This document shows, in pieces, positions 25,093 through 35,083 of a stretch of 40,000 nt of DNA. This stretch comes from Bacteroides phage crAss001. Position 1 is the stretch's first letter; every line of letters begins with the position of its first letter. A model generated the notes under the pieces. That model saw only the letters and a list, made by a program, of their open reading frames with translations, made no database searches and had not been told where the DNA came from. The stretch is taken from sequence record MH675552.1. One strand, 5' to 3'. A program made the translations under genes and the position numbers.

Positions 25093-25695
25093 ATGAAGAA
25101 GTATATAATAATCCTTATTCTAATATTGATTGGAGCTGTAGCTTATCTATCATATCAGAATAGACAATTAACTACTAAGTATGAAACTTCCATTGAGAAT
25201 GTTAAAGCCTATGATGCTCAATTGAGTGGACTTGAAGGTGATAATAGAGTATTAAAACTAACAGTTGAACAGCTTAATTACTTCAATGATTCAATCATTA
25301 AGAAGATGAAAGTGGTCCAGAAGGAATTAGGTATAAAGGATAAGAGATTACAACAGCTTCAATATGAAGCAAGTCATGCACAAAGAACTGACACTATTAT
25401 CCTACCAGATACTCTATTTGTAAATCCTCAGTTAAAGCTGGACACTATAGTGGGAGATAAGTGGTTTAAGACTAATCTTCATTTAGAATTCCCAAGTACT
25501 ATAGCACTCAGTCCTGAGATAGAATTAGAGAGATATACATTCATAAATGGTAAAAGGGAGACTGTGAATCCACCAAAGAAATTCTTCTTGTTTAGGTGGT
25601 TCCAGAAGAAACATACAGTAGTAGAAGTGAATGTAAGGGAAATGAACCCTTATGTTAAGAACAAAACTCAAAGATTTATACAAATAGTTGAATAG
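25093..25695 (+). CDS. Spanin-like/coiled-coil membrane-anchored protein
   Basis: KKYIIILILILIGAVAYLSYQNRQLTTKYETSIENV...; one N-terminal TM then coiled coil, in a lysis-type context. Confidence 0.7.
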   Translation: MKKYIIILILILIGAVAYLSYQNRQLTTKYETSIENVKAYDAQLSGLEGDNRVLKLTVEQLNYFNDSIIKKMKVVQKELGIKDKRLQQLQYEASHAQRTDTIILPDTLFVNPQLKLDTIVGDKWFKTNLHLEFPSTIALSPEIELERYTFINGKRETVNPPKKFFLFRWFQKKHTVVEVNVREMNPYVKNKTQRFIQIVE

Positions 25696-25697
25696 TT

Positions 25698-26033
25698 ATG
25701 ATTGAAAGTGGAATACTTATTACAGCATTAATAGGCATTGTCACCACATTTACTTCGGGATTTACTGCATGGTTCTTTGCAAGAAAGAAGTATAATAGTG
25801 AGGTTGACAATAATCTGATAAATAACATGAAGGAGTCTCTTGAATTTTATACAAGGCTTTCTGAGGATAATAAACTCAGGCTTGATAGAGCTTTATCAAG
25901 GAATGAAGAACTTGAAAAAGAAGTAAAGGAATTGAGACAACAGGTGATGGGCTTATTGACAAGTATATGTACAGACCTATCTTGTCAGATAAGAAAGGGA
26001 AATTATGAGGATGTGATTAAAATTAAAAAGTGA
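25698..26033 (+). CDS. Small membrane protein, holin/lysis candidate
   Basis: MIESGILITALIGIVTTFTSGFTAWFFARKKYNSEV plus coiled coil. Confidence 0.6.
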   Translation: MIESGILITALIGIVTTFTSGFTAWFFARKKYNSEVDNNLINNMKESLEFYTRLSEDNKLRLDRALSRNEELEKEVKELRQQVMGLLTSICTDLSCQIRKGNYEDVIKIKK

Positions 26034-26038
26034 TTAAT

Positions 26039-26407
26039 ATGAAAAGAGTACTTAATCTTGGTAATCTTTCAAGGATAGTTGAAGGAGACCCTAATGAAAT
26101 AACAGATGATGAAATTCTTGTAATCAAGGATAAGATTATAGAGGGTAAGATAATTGATATTCAAAAGAGAGTTGATGGTAAATTAGTATCTCTTATTACT
26201 GAGAAATACACTTATACTATCAATCCTACTCCTGCTGATGCTATAGTAGTTATCAATGGTTCAACTACTAAGAGTATTAGGGCAGCTAAAGGACATACAG
26301 TTACTTGGTCTGTATCAAAGACTGGTTTTGTAACTCAGTCTGGTAGTGATGTAATCTCCGGTGATGTATCAAAGGATGTAACATTAGTAGCTAATCCAGC
26401 ATCATGA
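26039..26407 (+). CDS. Small beta-sandwich/PEGA-like protein
   Basis: YTINPTPADAIVVINGSTTKSIRAAKGHTVTWSVSKTGFVTQSG; ATG at 26039 preferred over GTG 26030. Confidence 0.7.
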   Translation: MKRVLNLGNLSRIVEGDPNEITDDEILVIKDKIIEGKIIDIQKRVDGKLVSLITEKYTYTINPTPADAIVVINGSTTKSIRAAKGHTVTWSVSKTGFVTQSGSDVISGDVSKDVTLVANPAS

Positions 26408-26865
26408 AACTAACACTAAAAAGAATATTCAAAGGACCTAAATATACTATAGGTAAACTCTATGTAAATGGAGTTTATGAATGTGATACTCTTGAAGATA
26501 CTGACAGAGGTCTCCATGAAACACAATCTCTTCTGGAGATACAGAGTAAGAAGGTCTATGGGCAGACAGCAATTCCTTATGGAACTTACAAGATTGATAT
26601 GAACACTGTAAGCCCCAAATTCAAGGATAGGTCATGGGCTAAATTCTGTGGAGGAAAGTTACCCAGACTTATAGATGTGAAAGGTTATGAGGGGGTACTA
26701 ATCCATGTTGGTAATAAAGCTGAGGATACATTAGGTTGTATCCTTGTGGGAGAGAATAAGATAAAAGGACAAGTTATTAATAGCACAGCTACCTTTCAGG
26801 AGTTATATTCAGTAATGCTGAAAGCAAAACTCCTTGGAGAGGAACTTAGTTTAACAATAGAATAG
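26404..26865 (+). CDS. DUF5675-like protein, candidate cell-wall-active lysis protein
   Basis: KLYVNGVYECDTLEDTDRGL...AIPYGTYKIDM...RLIDVKGYEGVLIHVGNKAEDTLGCILVG. Confidence 0.75.
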   Translation: MKLTLKRIFKGPKYTIGKLYVNGVYECDTLEDTDRGLHETQSLLEIQSKKVYGQTAIPYGTYKIDMNTVSPKFKDRSWAKFCGGKLPRLIDVKGYEGVLIHVGNKAEDTLGCILVGENKIKGQVINSTATFQELYSVMLKAKLLGEELSLTIE

Positions 26866-26876
26866 GAGAGATTATT

Positions 26877-26945
26877 ATGGCAAAGACTTGTAAATCAGGT
26901 GGAAAGATGCCACCAAAAGGTGGAAAGAAACCTACAAAGAAGTAG
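26877..26945 (+). CDS. Possible 22-aa basic peptide
   Basis: MAKTCKSGGKMPPKGGKKPTKK* preceded by AGGAGAG. Confidence 0.5.
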   Translation: MAKTCKSGGKMPPKGGKKPTKK

Positions 26946-27039
26946 AAATGGGAAGGGTGTAGTATTATTACTATACCCTTATCTTTTGGCAGTAAATAAG
27001 TAATTTATTTATAGAGTTGTAAGAGTCTTATTTACTATG

Positions 27040-27070
27040 TTGTAGAAGTCATAAACTCCTACTATCTTTG
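27040..27070 (+). promoter_or_regulatory. Promoter GTTG-N20-TATCTTTG upstream of scaffold/MCP genes
   Basis: TTG 27040-27042, 20-nt spacer, TATCTTTG 27063-27070; ATG 27101. Confidence 0.8.
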
Positions 27071-27100
27071 CATCAGTTTAATAACTAAAGGAGTAGAAAT

Positions 27101-28270
27101 ATGATAGGAGAATTAAGTGAAGACCTCATTATGACAGGGGATGAAATAGATGTAGAGAATCTATTTTCTGATGATGGGGGTGAAGAAGAAACACAGGTAA
27201 CTCCACCTGCCCCAAAGGAGAAAGAAGATAAAGAAATTGAAAAAACTACTGAGGAAGAAGAGATAAATCCTGATGATTTATTTGATAATCCAGAGAGCGT
27301 AGGTAGTGGAAAAGATAATCAAGAAGAAGAGGAAGATACCCAATCTGAAAAGGACAAAGGTACTTCTCCCAAAACTAACTTCTACTCTTCCATTGCCAGT
27401 GCCTTGAAAGAAGAAGGTATCTTCCCTGACCTTGATGATGATACATTAAATGGTATCAAGACTCCAGAAGATTTTGCAGAAGCAGTTGAAAAGACTGTTC
27501 AAGCAAGGTTGGATGAAAGACAAAAGAGAATTGATGCTGCATTACAAGCTGATGTAGAACCAGATGAAGTAAGAAGGTATGAACAAACCCTTGCTAATTT
27601 GGATGCAATCAAGGAGGAATATATAACTGATGAAACTGAAAAAGGTGAGAGATTGAGAAAGAACTTAATCTATCAGGACTTTAGGAACAGAGGTTATAGT
27701 GAAGCCAGAGCTAAGAGAGAGGTTGAGAAATCTTTCAATGCTGGCACAGATATTGAAGATGCAAAAGAGGCATTGGAAAGTAACAGAGAGTACTTTAGCA
27801 CTCAATATCAGGACCTAATCAAGGAAGCTCAAGAAGAGGCAAAAGAAGAACAAAGGAAAATTAAAGAAGAGGCTGCACAATTAAAGAAATCAATGCTTGA
27901 GGACAAGGAAGTATTTACAGGTATTACACTTGATAAGACTACAAGACAAAAAGCATTTGAGAATATTACTAAGCCTGTCTTTAAAACAGAAGATGGAGAA
28001 TATTTGACTGCCATTCAGAAATATGAAATGGATAATCCAGTTGAGTTCAGAAAGTATCTGTCTGTATTGTTCACTATGACTGATGGCTTCAAGAATATTG
28101 ATGGTCTTGTAAAAGGTAAAGTAAAGAAAGAAGTCAAGCAAAGTCTTAGAGAATTAGAACATAAACTCAGTAGTACTGCAAGAAATTCATCAGGTAATCC
28201 AAGATATGTTGGAGGAGTTGAGGAAGATACTGAGTCTTATATTGGAAAGGGCTGGGACCTTGATGTCTAA
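27101..28270 (+). CDS. Capsid scaffold / head-assembly protein
   Basis: Acidic, helical, Glu/Lys-rich, immediately upstream of the MCP. Confidence 0.75.
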   Translation: MIGELSEDLIMTGDEIDVENLFSDDGGEEETQVTPPAPKEKEDKEIEKTTEEEEINPDDLFDNPESVGSGKDNQEEEEDTQSEKDKGTSPKTNFYSSIASALKEEGIFPDLDDDTLNGIKTPEDFAEAVEKTVQARLDERQKRIDAALQADVEPDEVRRYEQTLANLDAIKEEYITDETEKGERLRKNLIYQDFRNRGYSEARAKREVEKSFNAGTDIEDAKEALESNREYFSTQYQDLIKEAQEEAKEEQRKIKEEAAQLKKSMLEDKEVFTGITLDKTTRQKAFENITKPVFKTEDGEYLTAIQKYEMDNPVEFRKYLSVLFTMTDGFKNIDGLVKGKVKKEVKQSLRELEHKLSSTARNSSGNPRYVGGVEEDTESYIGKGWDLDV

Positions 28271-28304
28271 AAACATATTAACTAACAAAAATAATTAACA
28301 GATT

Positions 28305-29819
28305 ATGGCTGGTAAATTAGGTAAATTTCAAATGTTAGGCTTCCAACACTGGAAGGGTCTGACAAGTGACAACCACCTTGGAGCTATCTTCCAACAAGCA
28401 CCTCAGAAGGCAACTAACCTTATGGTGCAACTGTTGGCTTTCTATAGAGGAAAGAGCTTGGATACATTCCTTAATTCATTCCCTACAAGAGAGTTTGAAG
28501 ATGATAATGAATACTATTGGGATGTTATTGGTTCTTCAAGGAGAAACATTCCTCTTGTAGAAGCAAGAGATGAAAATGGTGTTGTAGTTGCTGCTAATGC
28601 AGCTAATGTGGGAGTTGGTACATCTCCTTTCTATCTGGTATTCCCAGAAGATTGGTTTGCAGATGGTGAGGTTATTGTAGGTAACTTGAACCAAGTATAT
28701 CCATTTAGAATCCTTGGTGATGCAAGAATGGAAGGTACTAATGCAGTGTACAAAGTAGAACTTATGGGTGGTAATACTCAAGGTGTTCCTGCTGAAAGAC
28801 TGCAACAAGGAGAAAGATTCTCTATTGAATTTGCTCCTGTAGAAAAAGAACTTTCAAGAAAGGTTGGTGATGTTAGATTCACTTCTCCTGTAAGCATGAG
28901 AAATGAGTGGACTACAATCAGAATCCAACATAAGGTAGCTGGTAATAAGCTAAACAAGAAACTTGCTATGGGTATTCCTATGGTTAGAAATCTTGAAAGT
29001 GGAAAGCAAGTGAAGGACACTGCAAACATGTGGATGCACTATGTAGATTGGGAAGTAGAACTTCAATTTGATGAGTACAAGAACAATGCTATGGCATGGG
29101 GTACTTCAAACAGAAATCTGAATGGTGAATACATGAACTTTGGTAAATCAGGTAATGCTATTAAGACTGGTGCTGGTATCTTTGAACAAACAGAGGTTGC
29201 TAATACTATGTATTACAATACATTCAGCTTGAAGTTACTTGAAGATGCACTGTATGAACTATCAGCTTCTAAACTTGCAATGGATGATAGACTCTTTGTA
29301 ATCAAGACTGGTGAAAGGGGTGCTATTCAGTTCCATAAGGAAGTATTGAAGACTGTATCTGGTTGGACTACATTTGTACTTGATAATAACTCTACAAGAG
29401 TTGTTGAAAAAGTTCAGTCAAGACTTCACAGCAATGCACTTAGTGCTGGTTTCCAATTTGTTGAATACAAGGCTCCTAATGGTGTTAGGGTAAGATTGGA
29501 TGTTGACCCATTCTATGATGACCCAGTAAGAAACAAGATTCTTCACCCAATGGGTGGTGTAGCTTTCTCTTACAGATATGACATCTGGTATATTGGTACT
29601 ATGGACCAACCTAATATCTTCAAGTGTAAGATTAAGGGTGACAATGAGTACAGAGGATACCAATGGGGTATCAGAAATCCTTTCACTGGACAAAAGGGTA
29701 ATCCTTATATGTCATTTGATGAGGACTCTGCTGTAATTCACAGAATGGCTACTTTGGGTGTTTGTGTGCTTGACCCAACAAGAACTATGTCATTAATCCC
29801 TGCAATTCTGCAAGGATAA
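28305..29819 (+). CDS. Major capsid protein
   Basis: 504 aa, FQMLGFQHWKGLTSDNHLGAIFQQAPQKATNLMVQLLAFYRGKSLD...; crAss-like MCP pattern and gene order. Confidence 0.9.
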   Translation: MAGKLGKFQMLGFQHWKGLTSDNHLGAIFQQAPQKATNLMVQLLAFYRGKSLDTFLNSFPTREFEDDNEYYWDVIGSSRRNIPLVEARDENGVVVAANAANVGVGTSPFYLVFPEDWFADGEVIVGNLNQVYPFRILGDARMEGTNAVYKVELMGGNTQGVPAERLQQGERFSIEFAPVEKELSRKVGDVRFTSPVSMRNEWTTIRIQHKVAGNKLNKKLAMGIPMVRNLESGKQVKDTANMWMHYVDWEVELQFDEYKNNAMAWGTSNRNLNGEYMNFGKSGNAIKTGAGIFEQTEVANTMYYNTFSLKLLEDALYELSASKLAMDDRLFVIKTGERGAIQFHKEVLKTVSGWTTFVLDNNSTRVVEKVQSRLHSNALSAGFQFVEYKAPNGVRVRLDVDPFYDDPVRNKILHPMGGVAFSYRYDIWYIGTMDQPNIFKCKIKGDNEYRGYQWGIRNPFTGQKGNPYMSFDEDSAVIHRMATLGVCVLDPTRTMSLIPAILQG

Positions 29820-29828
29820 GCATAAAAT

Positions 29829-29860
29829 AAAAGGGGAGGGAAATTCTCCCTCTCCTTTTT
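29829..29860 (+). terminator. Rho-independent terminator after MCP
   Basis: AAAAGGGGAGGGA-AATTC-TCCCTCTCCTTTT (13 bp, one wobble) then T-rich. Confidence 0.93.
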
Positions 29861-29890
29861 CTTTTTTAAGATATTAAATGGAGAAGTAAT

Positions 29891-30883
29891 ATGGCAAAAG
29901 AAGTTAGTAAAATGGTTTTGGATGATGAAGAGATTATGAAGGAAACACCAGTTATACCTGATGTGGATAACCTCTTTGAAGAACCAAAGACAAGAAAAAC
30001 AAAGAAACAAGCAGTAATAGAGGACAATGATGAACCTATTAGCTGCCTAAGAAATGAAAGAGTTATAGTAAGGTTTGTTCCCAAGCAAACTGGTTTAGTT
30101 TCAAACCCTAAGCATATCCTATATGGAGGTATGGCAGAAGCAGCAGTAAGATGGTTTACTCTACCAAGATTAAGTTCTGGTATGTATGTAAATGCTCTCA
30201 CTGATAAAGAGAAAGCCTATCTTGAAGAGATAATGGGTCTTGAATACAATGCTCTATCTATCTATAAGAAGGTAGATAACTTCTGGGATAATTATACAGT
30301 GAGATTGACTAAGCAAGATAATTTCTTGAACTTGGCTGACCCTGATGATTATATCAAATATAAAATCCTTTTAGCAAACAAGGACTATATTGCATCTTCT
30401 CTTCAAGAGCTGCAAGATAGACCTAAAATGACTTACCAGTTTGTAATTGTACAGGAAGGTGAAGAAGCTAAGACTGCTAAGAAGGAAATGAATGCTACAA
30501 TGCAGTCATACATGAAGTTTGGTGAAATTCAAGATAATGCTGATAAGCTGAGAGTAATCATTGAAACTATTGATGGTAGACCTCTTGCTAAGACAACTAA
30601 GATTGAATTCTTACATGAGAAGATTAACAAGCTAATTCAAGCTGACCCAAAACTTTTCTTAAGAGTTGCAGAAGACCAGTATCTTGATACTAAAGTTCTG
30701 ATTAAGAAGGCTATTGAAGAAGGTCTAATTAGTAACAGAGGTGGTATGTTATACCTGAAATCTGATGGCTCTCCTCTATGTGGAGATAATGAAGAACCTA
30801 CTTTGAGTGTAGCTGCTAAGTTCTTAAGTGCTCCTAAGAGACAGGAATTGAAGTTCAGTCTGGAAGCAAAGCTAAAAGAATAA
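29891..30883 (+). CDS. Structural/head-associated protein
   Basis: 330-aa ORF between MCP and neck-type genes. Confidence 0.8.
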   Translation: MAKEVSKMVLDDEEIMKETPVIPDVDNLFEEPKTRKTKKQAVIEDNDEPISCLRNERVIVRFVPKQTGLVSNPKHILYGGMAEAAVRWFTLPRLSSGMYVNALTDKEKAYLEEIMGLEYNALSIYKKVDNFWDNYTVRLTKQDNFLNLADPDDYIKYKILLANKDYIASSLQELQDRPKMTYQFVIVQEGEEAKTAKKEMNATMQSYMKFGEIQDNADKLRVIIETIDGRPLAKTTKIEFLHEKINKLIQADPKLFLRVAEDQYLDTKVLIKKAIEEGLISNRGGMLYLKSDGSPLCGDNEEPTLSVAAKFLSAPKRQELKFSLEAKLKE

Positions 30884-30887
30884 AGAT

Positions 30888-31604
30888 ATGAATGTTAATG
30901 AATTTTCTAATGAATTTGATGTACTCTATAACAACATAATGAGCAATGCTGCTCCGGGGTTAAATGAGTATGAAAAGTCTGTACTGCTTACTAAGGCTCA
31001 GGAAGAGATAGTTAAGAACTATTTTGAACCAGCAGGTAATAAGTATGGAAAAGGATTAGATGATTCACCAAAAAGACAAATAGATTTTTCAGAATTAATA
31101 AAGGTAGGGGAAGGAGTACTTAATACAAGTGCTCCTACTATCACCTTTGATAAGAGAGCTAAGGTATATGATTTACCTGCTGACTTATTCTTGGTTATAA
31201 ATGAGGCTGTTGATACTAATGCAGGGACTAAACAGATAGTTCCAATCAGTTATTCTGATTATACAAGGCTTATGTCAAGACCTTACAAGGAACCAGTTAA
31301 ATATCAGGCATGGAGAATAATTACTACTTCTATAAACAATATCTCTGTAGAATTAATAGTAAACAGTAATGAAACTATTACAGACTATAAGGTAAGATAT
31401 ATAAGAAGACCTGCTCCAATTATCACTACTAATCTATCTTCTGAATATGGTGATGTCACAATAAATGGTGTAAGCACTGTTTCAGAATGTGAGCTTAACC
31501 CAATTATTCATAGTGAGATATTACAGAGAGCAGTTGAATTGGCTAAGGCAGCTTACCAAGGAGATTTGCAGGCAAGTGTTGAATTAGGACAAAGAAGTGA
31601 ATAA
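30888..31604 (+). CDS. Structural protein, paralogue A of a tandem pair
   Basis: Shares LNEYEKS..LT.AQE..I and INGVST.SECELNP..H..IL.RAV.LA with the next ORF. Confidence 0.8.
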   Translation: MNVNEFSNEFDVLYNNIMSNAAPGLNEYEKSVLLTKAQEEIVKNYFEPAGNKYGKGLDDSPKRQIDFSELIKVGEGVLNTSAPTITFDKRAKVYDLPADLFLVINEAVDTNAGTKQIVPISYSDYTRLMSRPYKEPVKYQAWRIITTSINNISVELIVNSNETITDYKVRYIRRPAPIITTNLSSEYGDVTINGVSTVSECELNPIIHSEILQRAVELAKAAYQGDLQASVELGQRSE

Positions 31605-32296
31605 TGACTAATAAAGAATTTTCTGATGGATTCAGTACTTTACTTAACTCATTTGGTATCACTCCTAATATAACCCTTGATGAATATGAGAAATCAACAT
31701 TTCTCACTAATGCTCAGGAACAACTGATTATTGACATCTACTCTGGAAGGAACATTATTTATGGTAAGTCCTTTGAACAGACAGAAGAAATAAGAAGATA
31801 TTTGAGCAATTTGGTGGAGACCTATGAAACAAGTACTAAGGTTACAGGAAAGCTGGGACTATCAAAAGATTCAGTATTCTTTGAGATACCACAAGATACT
31901 TGGTTCATTACTTATGAAGTGGCATTCCTCAAGGATAGTAGATTAGGTTGCTTGGATGGTATAGAGGCAAGTGTGGTTCCATTACCACAGGATGATTTAT
32001 ATAGAGCAAAGGATAATCCATTTAGAGGACCAAGTAAAGACAGGGTACTAAGACTTGATATAAAAAGTGACTTAGCTGAGTTAATCAGCAAGTATAATGT
32101 GGATAAATATTTAATGAGATATATCTCTCAACCCACTCCTATTATACTGGTAGATTTACCTGATGGACTAAGTATCAATGGTGTAAGTACTGAAAGTGAA
32201 TGTGAACTAAATCCTGTAGTACATAGAGCAATACTTGAAAGAGCTGTACAGCTTGCCATAATAAGTAAAACTCAACTGACAGGAAATAAAGAATAA
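31604..32296 (+). CDS. Structural protein, paralogue B of a tandem pair
   Basis: Start overlaps the previous stop (TAATG); shared N- and C-terminal motifs with the previous ORF. Confidence 0.8.
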   Translation: MTNKEFSDGFSTLLNSFGITPNITLDEYEKSTFLTNAQEQLIIDIYSGRNIIYGKSFEQTEEIRRYLSNLVETYETSTKVTGKLGLSKDSVFFEIPQDTWFITYEVAFLKDSRLGCLDGIEASVVPLPQDDLYRAKDNPFRGPSKDRVLRLDIKSDLAELISKYNVDKYLMRYISQPTPIILVDLPDGLSINGVSTESECELNPVVHRAILERAVQLAIISKTQLTGNKE

Positions 32297-32327
32297 ATAT
32301 AAATGTTTAATTAAACTAAAAAAGATT

Positions 32328-33329
32328 ATGGTAATTTCTATTAATCAAGTAAGACAGCTATATGTTGCAAAGGCTCTCAAAGCTAATACAGCAGCCCTTA
32401 CAACTGCTGGTGATATTGTACCAAAGGCAGATACAGCTAAGACTACTCTGTATTTTCAGTCTATGTCTCCTGCTGGGATTGTAGCAAGTGATAAGATTAA
32501 CCTTAAGCATGTATTATATGCAAAGGCTACACCATCAGAAGCTTTGGCTCATAAGCTGGTTAGATACTCAGTTACTCTTGATGCAGATGTATCTGCAACT
32601 CCTGTAGCAGGTCAGAATTATATCTTGAGATTGGCTTTCAGACAATACATTGGTTTGTCAGAAGAAGACCAATACTTCAAGTATGGTGAAGTAATTGCAA
32701 GAAGTGGAATGACTGCATCAGATTTCTACAAGAAGATGGCTATTTCTTTAGCTAAGAACCTTGAGAATAAGACAGAATCTACTCCTCTTGTAAATATCTA
32801 TCTTATCAGTGCAGCAGCAGCTTCTACAGATGTTCCAGTTACATCAGCTACTAAGGAGTCAGATTTAACTGCAACTGACTATAACCAAATCATCATTGAA
32901 GAAACAGAACAACCTTGGGTTCTTGGTATGATGCCTCAGGCATTTATTCCTTTTACTCCTCAGTTCTTAACTATTACAGTTGATGGTGAAGATAGACTTT
33001 GGGGTGTTGCAACTGTAGTTACACCTACTAAGACTGTTCCTGATGGACATCTTATTGCAGACCTTGAATACTTCTGTATGGGTGCAAGAGGTGACATCTA
33101 CAGAGGAATGGGTTATCCTAACATTATTAAGACTACTTACTTGGTAGACCCAGGTGCAGTTTATGATGTACTGGATATCCACTATTTCTACACAGGAAGC
33201 AATGAATCAGTTCAAAAGTCTGAAAAGACTATTACACTGGTTGCTGTAGATGATGGTAGTCACACTGCAATGAATGCTCTAATTGGTGCTATCAACACTG
33301 CATCAGGGCTTACAATTGCTACCCTATAA
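32328..33329 (+). CDS. Virion structural protein (auxiliary capsid-like)
   Basis: 333 aa between neck-type genes with a strong terminator behind it. Confidence 0.7.
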   Translation: MVISINQVRQLYVAKALKANTAALTTAGDIVPKADTAKTTLYFQSMSPAGIVASDKINLKHVLYAKATPSEALAHKLVRYSVTLDADVSATPVAGQNYILRLAFRQYIGLSEEDQYFKYGEVIARSGMTASDFYKKMAISLAKNLENKTESTPLVNIYLISAAAASTDVPVTSATKESDLTATDYNQIIIEETEQPWVLGMMPQAFIPFTPQFLTITVDGEDRLWGVATVVTPTKTVPDGHLIADLEYFCMGARGDIYRGMGYPNIIKTTYLVDPGAVYDVLDIHYFYTGSNESVQKSEKTITLVAVDDGSHTAMNALIGAINTASGLTIATL

Positions 33330-33344
33330 ACAGGATATAGCATT

Positions 33345-33375
33345 AAAGGGGCATAGGGATACTATGCTCCTTTTT
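33345..33375 (+). terminator. Rho-independent terminator
   Basis: AAAGGGGCATAG-GGATA-CTATGCTCCTTT followed by T run. Confidence 0.93.
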
Positions 33376-33400
33376 TTTTTATCAATTAAAAATATGAACT

Positions 33401-34075
33401 ATGCTAAAGAGATTTAATGGAATAATCTATATGTATAAATCTCCTTCTGGTAAGTATTATATAGGGCAAACTATTAGACCTAAGTTTAGGAAGAATGAAC
33501 ATGTAAGTAGAGCTTTTAATGGAAGTGAATTACCATTTCACAGAGCTATTAGAAAATATGGGATGGATTCTTTTGAATATTCAATTCTGTGTAAGATTAC
33601 TTGTTCTAATACTGAAACTCTTTCTGAGATTCTTAATAACCTTGAACAATACTATATAACTAAATATAATAGTAAAGTTCCTACAGGTTATAATGTTACA
33701 GAAGGGGGTGAAGGTAATTTGGGTATTGTATTAAGTGAAGAAACAAAATACAAAATGTCACTATCAAAGGTAGGACATAAATGTTCTACTAATACTAAAA
33801 AGAAGATGAGTGAATGGCAAGTTGGGAAGAAACTTTCTGAGGATACTAAAAATAAAATTAGAGACTCTCATGTAGGAAAAATTTGTAATAAAAGACCCTG
33901 TTGCCAATATACCTTAGATGGAGAATTTATCTCTGAATACAGTTCAATAAAGGAAGCAGCAGAAATGAATAATATTAATAAAGTGAGTATATCCCTTGTT
34001 TTATCTGGAAAACATAAAACAGCAGGAGGATATACTTGGAAATATAAGGAGGACAATAATAATGATGCACTTTAA
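33401..34075 (+). CDS. GIY-YIG endonuclease (homing type)
   Basis: NGIIYMYKSPSGKYYIGQTIRPKFRKNEHV...; C-term YTLDGEFISEYSSIKEAAEMNNINKVSISLVLSGKHKTAGGYTWKY. Confidence 0.93.
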   Translation: MLKRFNGIIYMYKSPSGKYYIGQTIRPKFRKNEHVSRAFNGSELPFHRAIRKYGMDSFEYSILCKITCSNTETLSEILNNLEQYYITKYNSKVPTGYNVTEGGEGNLGIVLSEETKYKMSLSKVGHKCSTNTKKKMSEWQVGKKLSEDTKNKIRDSHVGKICNKRPCCQYTLDGEFISEYSSIKEAAEMNNINKVSISLVLSGKHKTAGGYTWKYKEDNNNDAL

Positions 34076-34712
34076 TGAGCTTAGGATTAGTCAGGATAAC
34101 AGATTTCTTATTATAGATGTATCTGTAGATAATCAGGACTACTTTGAGGATGTCCTATTAGATAGTATAGTCATTGATACCCAAGATACTTTTGTGATGA
34201 ATGGACCAAGTGACAATCCTCTTTATATATATAATGTAGAGGATGCCTATGATTTAACCTATTCTCTTCCTGAGCAATGTAATTGCAATCCAGTAAGAGT
34301 TGAGGAAGATGAATCATACTGTTTCACTTATGGTACACAACAAATGAAGAATGTAAGACTTGAATTGAATATTCAAGACTTAAAGGTTTCTCCTTGCAGT
34401 ACTATGTTTTTTGTGTATGTAAAGTCTAAAGGTACTCCATCAACTGATACTCCATGTGGATTTGATAAGGACCAAATATTAGGTACTGTAATTAACTTGC
34501 AACCTATATACAAACAGACTCTCAAGTATCTAAAGGAAGTAGAATGTGATTGTAATATACCAAAGGGTTTCATTGACATGATACTTAAGTTAAAGGCAAT
34601 TGAACTTTGTGTTAGAACAGGAAATTATCCACAGGCTATTAAGTACTGGAATAAGTTCTTCATAAAGAATAATTGTAAGTCTCCAACCTCTAATTGTGGA
34701 TGCTATGGATAA
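34065..34712 (+). CDS. Structural/neck-associated hypothetical protein
   Basis: MHFNELRISQDNRFLIIDVSVDNQDYFEDV...; start placed at ATG 34062/34065 inside the GIY-YIG 3' end. Confidence 0.78.
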   Translation: MHFNELRISQDNRFLIIDVSVDNQDYFEDVLLDSIVIDTQDTFVMNGPSDNPLYIYNVEDAYDLTYSLPEQCNCNPVRVEEDESYCFTYGTQQMKNVRLELNIQDLKVSPCSTMFFVYVKSKGTPSTDTPCGFDKDQILGTVINLQPIYKQTLKYLKEVECDCNIPKGFIDMILKLKAIELCVRTGNYPQAIKYWNKFFIKNNCKSPTSNCGCYG

Positions 34713-35049
34713 AATGCTTGAAATATCTGAGGAAGCCATCACAAGATACTTTACTACTCTATCTCAATTTGGATATAAGAAGTACAGTGATGTAGATAAG
34801 ATAATAGTTCTCTTCTTCATGGAAGAAATGTTAGCAGGAGAAATGTCTTATTATGTGACACAAGATGATTACAGAAATATAGTCAATGCACTATACTGTC
34901 TGGCAGGAAGTACTTGTATGATAGACTTTCCAATGTTTGAGAGCTATGATACTTTGGTTCATTCTAACAATAGAACATTTGTACCAAGAATAACAGAGGA
35001 TAGTATATTAAGAAGTACTGAGGATGATAACTTTAGAGTAGAAGCATAA
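34696..35049 (+). CDS. Hypothetical protein
   Basis: 117-aa ORF overlapping the previous stop. Confidence 0.8.
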   Translation: MDAMDKMLEISEEAITRYFTTLSQFGYKKYSDVDKIIVLFFMEEMLAGEMSYYVTQDDYRNIVNALYCLAGSTCMIDFPMFESYDTLVHSNNRTFVPRITEDSILRSTEDDNFRVEA

Positions 35050-35083
35050 TCTTTATACCCTGAATATAAAAATAGTAAAACCC

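Noticed and set aside
26954-27000. Another promoter at TTATCTTTTGG
   Set aside because: The box has one T too many (TATCTTTTG) and no TTG at the 20-nt distance; the true site is 27040-27070.
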